DNA of 32,000 bases, taken from positions 248,075-280,074 of the forward strand of contig CAYHAA010000001.1 of assembly GCA_964354495.1 (NCBI GenBank), given 5' to 3'. A program made the translations under genes and the position numbers. Source of the DNA: an uncultured archaeon. Its GTDB lineage: Archaea; Asgardarchaeota; Thorarchaeia; Thorarchaeales; Thorarchaeaceae. The notes under the pieces were generated by a model. That model saw only the letters and a list, made by a program, of their open reading frames with translations. It was not told where the DNA came from and did no database searches. Shown here in pieces: positions 1 to 8,490 of this stretch (position 1 is the stretch's first letter; every line of letters starts with the position of its first letter).

Positions 1-851
1 AGGTTGGAGACAGAGTCACCTTCCATGATGTCTATGATACGTGCTACAAGTGTTGGAATTGTCTCATCGCCAAAGCGCCAACAAAGTGTACAAATAGAAG
101 AGTCTACGGAATTACAATGGACTCTCAGAAGCCTCCCTATCTCATAGGTGGTTACAGTGAGTTTGTGTATCTCTCCCCTGGGACTCATATCATCAAGATA
201 CCTGACCATGTGAGCTTTGACGGAGCAAGTGCGGTGGGCTGCGCAATGCCGACTGCAGTTCACACGGTGCTCCGAAGCCCTCTCCAGTGGGGGATGAATG
301 TAGCAATCCAAGGAGCAGGTCCAGTAGGTCTGATGATTGCCGTTCTCGCCAAAATCAGTGGTGCCTCGACTATTACAGTGCTGGATCAAGCAAAGAATCG
401 ATTAGAGCTCGCGAAGAAGTTTGGAGTCACGCACACTCTCAACATCGGAGAGACCACCTTAGAAGAAAGAAAACATGCATTGATAGACATCGGGGGTGGA
501 CATGGTCCCGATATAGTGTACGAGGCAACGGGAAACGCCCGTGCAATCCCCGAGGGTATCGAGTTGGTAAGAGAGGGAGGTGCTTACACGATCTGTGGGC
601 AATACACTGATAGTGGAACTGTCGAGATCAATCCGCATCTGATGAATAAGAAGCATCTTGAAATCAAGACAGTCTGGGGTTCCGAAACCCTCCATGTCTA
701 CAAGGGCGTCAAGACAATTGCTGACAACTATAACAGATTCCCATTCGACTCTCTGGTCACACACAAGTTTGACCTAGATGATGCACAAAAAGCTCTGGAG
801 GCTCAAGAGAGCCATGTGTCTCTAAAGGCTGTCATTCAACCAAATCGCTAG
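1..851 (+). CDS. Zn-dependent alcohol dehydrogenase (MDR superfamily), 5'-truncated by the window edge
   Basis: The frame is open from base 3 and reads VGDRVTFHDVYDTCYKCWNCLIAKAPTKC, the structural-Zn CxxCxxC-x7-C motif. It continues into the track ORF 117..851, which has the Rossmann motif GAGPVG and GxYT/KAVIQP end motifs. The true start lies upstream of the window. Confidence 0.92.
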   Translation, partial: VGDRVTFHDVYDTCYKCWNCLIAKAPTKCTNRRVYGITMDSQKPPYLIGGYSEFVYLSPGTHIIKIPDHVSFDGASAVGCAMPTAVHTVLRSPLQWGMNVAIQGAGPVGLMIAVLAKISGASTITVLDQAKNRLELAKKFGVTHTLNIGETTLEERKHALIDIGGGHGPDIVYEATGNARAIPEGIELVREGGAYTICGQYTDSGTVEINPHLMNKKHLEIKTVWGSETLHVYKGVKTIADNYNRFPFDSLVTHKFDLDDAQKALEAQESHVSLKAVIQPNR

Positions 852-870
852 GATCTACGGACGTGTTTCT

Positions 871-2055
871 ATGCCATCAACGCTCGAGCGGACAAAGTGC
901 GAACAAGCTTCCGGACTCCTGAAAGAGCTTGATCTCGACTGCTGGCTCGTGTGGGTCCGAGAGACCTCACAGATGGCAGATCCCGTACTGGCTCTGGTCT
1001 TGGGAGGCGACTTGGTATGGCAGTCTGCTCTCATTTTTGCGAGATCAGGTGAGAAACTCGCCATCGTTGGCAACTTTGACGCAGGAGACCTCGAAGCGCG
1101 AGGAATCTATGACCAGGTCATCCCATATACCAAAGGAATGAAGGATGCCTTGGTGGCTGAATTGAATCGCATCAATCCACAACAGATTGGCATCAACTTC
1201 AGTACTGATGATGTCTCAGCAGATGGCATGACTTTGGGAATGCACCTGCTTCTGAAGGACTATCTCAAAGAGACCCCGTATATCGACAGGCTTGTTTCAG
1301 CCGAGAGGCTTGTTCAATGCTTACGAGGTAGAAAGACTGCTGAAGAGGTTAGCCTTGTGCAGAAGGCTGTAAGCATCACAGAAGAGATATTTCAGAGAGC
1401 CGAGCGCTTTGTGAGACCCGGCCAGACTGAACTCGAGATCTATAGCTTCTTCCATGATGAGATGAAGAAACACAATGTGACAAATGCATGGAATGAAGAT
1501 CATAATCCCGCGGTCGATGCTGGCCCGAACAAGCAATTCGGGCATGCTGGGCCTACTGACAATATCACCAAGTCCGGCCATCTGCTTCATTTTGACTTCG
1601 GGGTTCGTCACGGAGGATATTGCTCTGATATCCAGAGAATGTTCTTCTTCGGGACTACGAAGGACATTCCATCTGAAATTCGTGATGCATTTGCAGCTGT
1701 TCGCGGCGCAATAATCGTGTCTTCCAAGTTCCTAAGACCCGGTAGACTTGGCTACGAGGTCGATGCAATTGCGCGGGACTTTGTGACAGCTGCTGGATAT
1801 GAGGAGTATCAGCATGCCTTGGGGCATCAGATTGGTAGGCACGCGCATGATGGCGGTGTTCTCCTGGGCCCCCAATGGGAGAGATACGGCGAATCTGTCA
1901 TGGGTCCTGTTGAAGCAGGCAACATATTCACTCTGGAACTATATGTTACAACCAGAGACTATGGTCAGGTCAGTCTTGAGGAAGATGTCTTGGCCACGAA
2001 GTCTGGCTGTGAATTCCTATCTAATCCCCAGAAACGACTGATCTGTATACGTTAG
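871..2055 (+). CDS. M24 family Xaa-Pro aminopeptidase/prolidase
   Basis: N-terminal creatinase-like domain, then a pita-bread domain with all five metal ligands: HFDFG, YCSDIQR, HALGHQIG, TLEL and SLEED. Lies 19 bp downstream of the ADH gene on the same strand. Confidence 0.92.
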   Translation: MPSTLERTKCEQASGLLKELDLDCWLVWVRETSQMADPVLALVLGGDLVWQSALIFARSGEKLAIVGNFDAGDLEARGIYDQVIPYTKGMKDALVAELNRINPQQIGINFSTDDVSADGMTLGMHLLLKDYLKETPYIDRLVSAERLVQCLRGRKTAEEVSLVQKAVSITEEIFQRAERFVRPGQTELEIYSFFHDEMKKHNVTNAWNEDHNPAVDAGPNKQFGHAGPTDNITKSGHLLHFDFGVRHGGYCSDIQRMFFFGTTKDIPSEIRDAFAAVRGAIIVSSKFLRPGRLGYEVDAIARDFVTAAGYEEYQHALGHQIGRHAHDGGVLLGPQWERYGESVMGPVEAGNIFTLELYVTTRDYGQVSLEEDVLATKSGCEFLSNPQKRLICIR

Positions 2056-2222
2056 GATTTCCACAGACTCAATCTCCCGTCCATAGACCCTGTAGTATGC
2101 AACATGTATGCTTTGGACAGCCAGTCAGTTCTTGATTGAATCAGACTCAGTCCAGTCAGGTTTCTCACTAGTTGAAGACACTGAGTCCACCTGCTGTCTT
2201 GAGCTTTCAGAAGAGGCAGGCG

Positions 2223-4061
2223 TCATGACATATACGGGTCTTCATGCACATCAATATCGGCATACCCTGCGTCTTTAAGAAGGTCCTCGATCGATTCGGC
2301 TCCGGTAATCCAAGAGATTCCCCAGGTGTTGTCATCTTTCAGACGCAGTTCGACATCCGGGAGGTCTCCAAGCAGGTTATGGTCCATCTCAATGGCATCT
2401 TGGTATGCTCCGACCAGGGGGATTACGAAGCAAGACCCTGGAATGTCGTTCAGCACTCCCACGGGAATCCCTTTGCCTGCCTTTCCTCCTGGCATGGTGA
2501 CTGGTCTGTTGTCCCTAGTGAACCATATCTTCTCTGTGTGCTGTCTATAGAAATCTGCTATTTCGCCATCTGAATCGCATGTGATATCGACTAATCTCAC
2601 AGTGCTCTGCGGTTGAATGTGCAAGTCACGAGTCGGAATGACCGGGAAGTACTGTTGAACCAGTACATGGTCAGCAATGCTGTTGAATACGCTGAAGTTC
2701 CCAATGACGATGTGTTCAGGATACCAGAAACTTCTCTCCATCTTATCAGACGAATAGGTCGGAAGGTTCATCTCCCTCAGTTTGGCTCTGACTGCTGTTT
2801 CCAGTTTTCCAACGACCATTTCTCTCTCGTGTATGGCTCTGAGTCCCGCAAGAGTCATTCCTCCAAAGCGCTCATGGAATTCGTTCCAGAGACTGACCAT
2901 ATCTTCGAGTGTGTTGGCATTGTGGATTCTCGCCTGATAGTCCTGCTCAGCCAGAGCGATTTCCGATTCACATGCGTCACCGGGTGCAGGAAAGACCGAT
3001 CTGAGTTCGAGCGCTTGAACAACAATGAGTGCTGCAAGGGCAGTAACAGCGCGCCCTGACTCTATCATGATGTTAGGCTCTGGATGCCTGTTGGAATCTC
3101 TCTCGATCTGTGCTCTTATTCCGGACACAATATTGTGGGCGTACTGATACATCAGGTCTGGGGGATAGGAGCCAGTATAGTCGATTGCTAGGCCTCCACC
3201 GAAGTCTATGTTCTCCAAGTTTGATAGTCCCATCTCCCGGAGTTCAGAATAGAGTTTGGTCAGGAAGCTGCCGAATCTTGTGAATGCATCAAGGCCGGTA
3301 ATCTGTGACCCTGCATGGCCAAGAATCGATTTGACTGACCCCGCAAAACCTGTTTGCTTCAGCAATTCAACAACATTGTAGAGGTCCTGAATACTGAGAC
3401 CGAATTTTGAATCTCGTCCCGTTGAATGGGACCAATGCCCCTCAACATTGAGGTATGGTTTAATACGTAGTATCAAGTGTGTCTTTTGAGGTTTGAAATG
3501 TTTGACGACCAGTCGCGCCTCCTGTACTGATTCAACCGAGATTCCGATATTCCATCCACTATCCATGCTCGTTTGAATCAGTTTGAGGTACTTCGGATCC
3601 TTTGTGCCATTACAGACAATTTGGCGGTGTTTTTCATTTTCTGTCAACTTCTTAATCAGGAGCAATTCTGGCTTGGTACCTGCCTCAAGGCCGTACTCCG
3701 AATCGGTTCTGATGACGGCCGTAACGAAATCCCTGCGTTGGTTGACTTTAACAGGATAGATTCCAATGAATTTTCCCCTGTATCCCAATTCATCAAAGAC
3801 TCTCTCAAACGATGCCTTGAGTTTTTTAACCTGATAGGTGATTAGTTGAGGCATACGGAGTGTGAAAGACGAAGCATATCCAGTCCCATTTCCATTCATG
3901 TCATTGACATTTCGGACTAGTTCCTGAACTGTGATCCTCTGCTCACCTAGCTTGATACATAAATCACCGTCATCGGTGATATCAAGGAAATGGAGGTCAT
4001 TTCTACCCACACCAAATACGGTCTTCGACTTCTCAGCTGACCACGACTCTTCTGTCATCAT
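2223..4061 (-). CDS. speA: Biosynthetic PLP-dependent arginine decarboxylase (fold type III, SpeA-type)
   Basis: Motifs YPVKVNQ (PLP Lys), EAGTKPEL, CNGTKD, HAGSQI, IDFGGGL, ESGRA, FSVFNSIADH, DITCDSDG and GAYQD. The length of 612 aa matches SpeA rather than the shorter LysA/ODC. Start is ATG 4061 or 4058. Confidence 0.88.
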   Translation of the reverse strand: MMTEESWSAEKSKTVFGVGRNDLHFLDITDDGDLCIKLGEQRITVQELVRNVNDMNGNGTGYASSFTLRMPQLITYQVKKLKASFERVFDELGYRGKFIGIYPVKVNQRRDFVTAVIRTDSEYGLEAGTKPELLLIKKLTENEKHRQIVCNGTKDPKYLKLIQTSMDSGWNIGISVESVQEARLVVKHFKPQKTHLILRIKPYLNVEGHWSHSTGRDSKFGLSIQDLYNVVELLKQTGFAGSVKSILGHAGSQITGLDAFTRFGSFLTKLYSELREMGLSNLENIDFGGGLAIDYTGSYPPDLMYQYAHNIVSGIRAQIERDSNRHPEPNIMIESGRAVTALAALIVVQALELRSVFPAPGDACESEIALAEQDYQARIHNANTLEDMVSLWNEFHERFGGMTLAGLRAIHEREMVVGKLETAVRAKLREMNLPTYSSDKMERSFWYPEHIVIGNFSVFNSIADHVLVQQYFPVIPTRDLHIQPQSTVRLVDITCDSDGEIADFYRQHTEKIWFTRDNRPVTMPGGKAGKGIPVGVLNDIPGSCFVIPLVGAYQDAIEMDHNLLGDLPDVELRLKDDNTWGISWITGAESIEDLLKDAGYADIDVHEDPYMS

Positions 4062-4090
4062 TCTTGCCCCTTGGTTGCTAGATGAAGATA

Positions 4091-5551
4091 CTACAGCCCT
4101 TCGTCCTCTTTAATTGAATCTAACATGCCTTGGAATGCGCGTGCCAACTCGCCAATCTCATCGTCTTTCGAAATATACGATTGGTCTACCTGCAAGTCTT
4201 GAGTATCAAGCGGCTGATCTCTGATTCTTGCAGCCGCATTCCTTGTGGCAAGATCCATGAGATATTGCAGCGGCCGCGTCACAGTGTTTGACACCGAGAC
4301 CGCAACGATTCCTGCTATGATGATGCCTGCGACTGTCACAAAGAGAATGAAGGCTGCAGCTTGGGCATTAGCAGCAAGTATTCTCTGTTCGAGGGGAGGA
4401 ATGGCCTCCAGAACTTCATCAAGAGGAACTGCGATTGCGCAGATGTAGTTTCCCTTCCCTACAGGAGTGTAGACCAAGATACGTTCAGTGCCATCCCGAG
4501 TGTACCTTAGGGCTCCGGATGCGTCTGGAACAATCATTGTATCAATCTGCGATTGAAGAAGGGCTGGGCTATCATCTTCGTTCACTTCAATATTCACGAG
4601 CTCGGGCAGTCCTCCTATGTACGCTGTGTCCGGCACCTCAGGATGTGCCACCACAAGTCCGTCGGAGTCGATCAGGAATGCATAGCCTGATTCGAGGACT
4701 TGGACATCAATTACCTTTGAACGGATGTCCTCGATTGTGATGTCTCCTGAGATGACTGCTTTCGGTTGATAATTCCAATACACAACCTTTCCGATTGAAA
4801 TCAGGAGCACATCATCAAACTCGTCGTAATATGGTTCTACGAAGACAGTTTCGCCATCGCCTTCCCATATATCGTTGTACCAGTCCTCGCCTCTTGGGTC
4901 ATATGGATCTGATGTTCTTTCTGAATCAGTTCCTGCAAGAATGCTACCTGGATAGTTGATGAACAATCCATCGTCAGCAAACGCGATATAGAGCCATCTG
5001 AATTCAACTTGGTCATGAATCGCCTTGAAGATGTAGTCCATATTAGAGACGCGACCAAGCTTGTCACCGCTTATAGGATCAGATTCATAGTCATCGTAGT
5101 TCGTTGAGTCCGTACCTGAAACGTACCAGCTACTATATGTCCAGGATACATTGAGTCCATAGTTGTCGTCATACGCACTATCTGCTGGATCCGGTGCGAC
5201 TGTGTCATTTTCAAACAGAAGGTCGTAGTAGACGATTCGATTGGCATAGGTTGAATCACTATCGAACAATGCCTGCAATTCCTCAGCTGCCGCCTCGATC
5301 ATTCCCTGTGCGCTCGACAACTTCTGATGAATCACCAATGCTGTCTTCTGAGCTGTCTGTTCCATATTTGACTGAATCTGGGTTTCTAGTGCCAGTGAGC
5401 TTTGGTCTCTTGTGAATCCGCCTATGATATCTACAAAGGTCAGGGAAACGAATCCGGTCACTGAGAGAGAAACCAATGAAATCACCAAGAAGGTGAGAAT
5501 CACGTTTGTTCGGAACTTTCCTTTTTTCTTGGTCTGAGTTGGGTGTGACAT
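4091..5551 (-). CDS. Membrane sensor: TM - extracellular dCache-like domain - TM - HAMP, with no output domain
   Basis: TM1 VILTFLVISLVSLSVTGFVSLTFV. Cache-type motifs WLYIAF, FINYPG, YDPRGEDWY, VEPYYD, ISGDIT and GYAFLIDSDGLVVAHP. TM2 AAAFILFVTVAGIIIAGIVAVSVS. HAMP VTRPLQYL...DEIGELARAFQGML, then a stop about 9 aa later. A strong SD (AAGGAGG) overlaps the upstream stop codon. Confidence 0.85.
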   Translation of the reverse strand: MSHPTQTKKKGKFRTNVILTFLVISLVSLSVTGFVSLTFVDIIGGFTRDQSSLALETQIQSNMEQTAQKTALVIHQKLSSAQGMIEAAAEELQALFDSDSTYANRIVYYDLLFENDTVAPDPADSAYDDNYGLNVSWTYSSWYVSGTDSTNYDDYESDPISGDKLGRVSNMDYIFKAIHDQVEFRWLYIAFADDGLFINYPGSILAGTDSERTSDPYDPRGEDWYNDIWEGDGETVFVEPYYDEFDDVLLISIGKVVYWNYQPKAVISGDITIEDIRSKVIDVQVLESGYAFLIDSDGLVVAHPEVPDTAYIGGLPELVNIEVNEDDSPALLQSQIDTMIVPDASGALRYTRDGTERILVYTPVGKGNYICAIAVPLDEVLEAIPPLEQRILAANAQAAAFILFVTVAGIIIAGIVAVSVSNTVTRPLQYLMDLATRNAAARIRDQPLDTQDLQVDQSYISKDDEIGELARAFQGMLDSIKEDEGL

Positions 5552-5567
5552 CTCTTCATCTACCTCC

Positions 5568-8426
5568 TTAGTAATCTACAGTTGTTCCTCCTACTTCGAG
5601 CTGTGCCATCAGCACACCTACTTTGTCAAAGGCCTTCTCGATGTCCATGTGAACATCGATACTATCGACCACTGACAAGTATTGTCCCTGTGGGATGTTG
5701 TTACAGATTGACTCAAGGAGTTCCTCAGTGGTCATCTGTTGTCCCGTCTTGGGTGAGCGCGCTCTCTTTCCATCAACTGCTGCCTTCAACTCCTCACCAA
5801 CGCCGATCACTATGAGATTCACATCAAGATGGTTATCACGGATGAATCCCTCAATCGTCAGCTTTCTCCTTCTCTTCAGACGGTCATTCTGCGTGAATAT
5901 GCCTTCTAGCGCATCGAGAGAATATGTCTTTGAGCTGTTGTCCTGACCATCCGACAGTGCAATGACCCACCGATGCTCGCTCGACTCTATCTTGTTTAAT
6001 TCCTCTAGAGCCCGACCCAATGCGTCGTAGAACGCAGTTGCATAATTGGGATACTTCAGAGCATCAAGAGCTCGAACAATAGGGCTCTCGTCTTCGCTGA
6101 ATTCACCCTTGAGAGTGAGGGGCAGAACCTCGCGATATGTGGTATTGAAGATTATGATCGACACAGCATCCTGCGGATTCACCTGGCTATGGAGTATTTC
6201 TCTTGCTCCGGTAACAGCTGCCTTGATTCTCTGCTGGGCCTGCATGCTACCTGAGTAGTCGATCACAAAGGTAACGCTCTTCTTGTACAGAATGGAGCGC
6301 CTGAGTTTCTCAGCTTTCCTTCGAACATCATGACTCGGTTTGTTCAACTGGTCTAGAACATCGGCAAGCCGCTGCATGGCGAAGACGACGAGCCACAATT
6401 CATCTGTTGCCTCTCCAAGCTTGATTGCATCACTGTAGGACTTCTCGGCCTTTTTCCAGTTGCCTTGAACCTGAAACAGCTCACCTTCGTGATAGCTGAT
6501 GTAAGCCAAGCTTCTCTCATAGTTGATGGATCTTGCAGTCTCTTCTGCCTCACTGAAACGAGACTGGGCTTGACTGTATCTGCCATCCTTCATGAGAACA
6601 AGTCCCATAGCATCATAACGTCTGGCCAGGCCATAGGTATTCTTTTGCGTCATGTCAATGGCTTGGGCATCTTCAAGTAGCTTCATTGCAGCCTCAAAAT
6701 TGCCACGGTCCATCTCCACGAGCGCCATGTTGTGATAGATAGAAGCGATTCGGGTCATTGCATCCTTCTCATCGGTGCCGTCTTCCTTTGCCCTTTCGAG
6801 TAGCTTGTTCGAGATAGTCAGTGACTGGCCATAATAGTCCATGGCATTCGCTGTTTCACCACGCTGTCGGAAGACATTCCCAATGTTCAGCAGCATTGTC
6901 TGTTCTCCCGCTTCAATCTTCAACCTTCGGCTGATCTCTAGCAGATTCTCATAGTTGGCAAGTGCTCTCCTGAGGTCTCCGCGTATGAATGCTTGATTTC
7001 CGAAACGCATTGCCTCTTGGAAGCTTAGCAGAGCATCGACTGTGGTCCCTACTTCTTCGTACATTGCTCCTGCAGTCGTTACACCTCTTGTGAAGTCTTG
7101 TCGAGCCATCTTCTGTACTAGACGGGTCATCTCGGTTATTGGTTCGACCACAGCTCTTCCTCGTCTGGTTGAAACAACCGATACAACACCTGCTACAACA
7201 ACCAAGATGCCACCAAGGGCTGCAGTAAGGATGAGCGTTCGAGTGGCCACAAGATTGAGAATATCCATTGCTGGTGCAATGACATCAGATTCCGGTACTA
7301 CCACAGCTAGTATGTAATTAGTGCCCTTGACCTGTACAAATGCCATATGCCAGGTGTTGGCATTCTTTTGATACTCAAGTAGTCCTGACTCTTCGCCAAT
7401 TACCTGCGTCGTCAACAGACTCCTGAACGCTATAGCTTCCGAACTTGTCGTGCTTCCAAACTCAAGTACCTCAATGGGTGCGACCTCTTCGTCCAAGGAT
7501 TGGTCCTTGTGGGCAACAACATTTGCAGAAGTGTCCAGCATGAAGGCATACCCATTCGTTGAAACATTCAAATTCAATACTCTATCAAGTACTGTTGCCA
7601 TTGTGACGTCTGCTGACACAACACCAATGAGAGAGCCATTATCGAATCTCACGGGTCTGCCCATTGATATGACCAGACCAACTGGGTCGACATAGGGTGC
7701 AGTAAGAATGACGCTGTCATTGCTTGGTGCGATAGTAGCCACATTTGTGTACCATTCTTGTGCATTAGCATCATAGTCTAGGCCCAGTCCATCATAATCA
7801 ACAAAATAGCTCAAGTCATCAAAGGGATAGTTCTTGAAGAGATGCTGGTCAGAGACTCCTAGATCATATCCCATATACAGCCACTTGTAGTCCTCATTCA
7901 TCTCGTGAAGTGCTTTGAAGATGTTAATCATATTCGACGAGGAGTCTAGGGCGACCTGAGTGCTTGCAGAGAAGTCGCGTGGGTCGTTGTTGTTCCATTC
8001 AGAGCGTGGAATGAAGTAGCAATCGGCTGCAAAGGAGATGAACTCTGATTCATAGGCTTCGATGATCTCGTCATCTGTTTCGAATGTACCCGAAAGATCT
8101 GACCATTGAGGCTCTTCACTAGCGTTCCAATAATAGCTATACTGTGGAGTTGCTGAGATTCTGCCATTGAATAGATCTTCACAATACGCCTCCAACATGT
8201 ACACTCCATCAATATAGCTCTTCCACCTCTCCTCAATGAAGAGCGCCGTGTCATTTGAGAGTCTCTGGAGGTTTGCCAATTCCTCGTCCTTCAATGCCGC
8301 AGCAGCATCTCCTGCATTGGCATTTGAAACTGCGAATATCTCGCCCACTGACAGAGCTGAGATTACCAACATCGGCACGAGTGCGACGACCACAAACGTG
8401 ACAACGATCCTTCTTGAGATGTCCAT
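5568..8426 (-). CDS. Membrane sensor: TM - dCache-like - TM - HAMP - TPR repeats - vWA domain
   Basis: TM1 at about aa 7-30. Cache motifs WLYMG, FKNYP, YDANAQEWY, TAPYVDP, VVSADVT and GYAFMLD. TM2 near aa 400-422, then HAMP VEPITEM...EEVGTTVDAL. About 5-6 TPR-like repeats follow (e.g. LLNIGNVFRQRGETANAMDYY, YHNMALVEMDRGNFEAAMKLL). The vWA domain has an intact MIDAS: FVIDYSGSM, ATAFYDAL, LSDGQDN. Confidence 0.85.
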   Translation of the reverse strand: MDISRRIVVTFVVVALVPMLVISALSVGEIFAVSNANAGDAAAALKDEELANLQRLSNDTALFIEERWKSYIDGVYMLEAYCEDLFNGRISATPQYSYYWNASEEPQWSDLSGTFETDDEIIEAYESEFISFAADCYFIPRSEWNNNDPRDFSASTQVALDSSSNMINIFKALHEMNEDYKWLYMGYDLGVSDQHLFKNYPFDDLSYFVDYDGLGLDYDANAQEWYTNVATIAPSNDSVILTAPYVDPVGLVISMGRPVRFDNGSLIGVVSADVTMATVLDRVLNLNVSTNGYAFMLDTSANVVAHKDQSLDEEVAPIEVLEFGSTTSSEAIAFRSLLTTQVIGEESGLLEYQKNANTWHMAFVQVKGTNYILAVVVPESDVIAPAMDILNLVATRTLILTAALGGILVVVAGVVSVVSTRRGRAVVEPITEMTRLVQKMARQDFTRGVTTAGAMYEEVGTTVDALLSFQEAMRFGNQAFIRGDLRRALANYENLLEISRRLKIEAGEQTMLLNIGNVFRQRGETANAMDYYGQSLTISNKLLERAKEDGTDEKDAMTRIASIYHNMALVEMDRGNFEAAMKLLEDAQAIDMTQKNTYGLARRYDAMGLVLMKDGRYSQAQSRFSEAEETARSINYERSLAYISYHEGELFQVQGNWKKAEKSYSDAIKLGEATDELWLVVFAMQRLADVLDQLNKPSHDVRRKAEKLRRSILYKKSVTFVIDYSGSMQAQQRIKAAVTGAREILHSQVNPQDAVSIIIFNTTYREVLPLTLKGEFSEDESPIVRALDALKYPNYATAFYDALGRALEELNKIESSEHRWVIALSDGQDNSSKTYSLDALEGIFTQNDRLKRRRKLTIEGFIRDNHLDVNLIVIGVGEELKAAVDGKRARSPKTGQQMTTEELLESICNNIPQGQYLSVVDSIDVHMDIEKAFDKVGVLMAQLEVGGTTVDY

Positions 8427-8490
8427 CTTCGCTTCTTCACCTACAATCCTGAATTATTCCTATACGCGACAACATCTTCGCCTCTCATTC

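Noticed and set aside
5568-8426. Orthology to eukaryotic calcium-channel alpha2-delta/CACHD1 (also Cache + vWA)
   Set aside because: In those proteins vWA is extracellular and inserted in the Cache region. Here it is cytoplasmic, after TM2, HAMP and TPR, so the topology differs.
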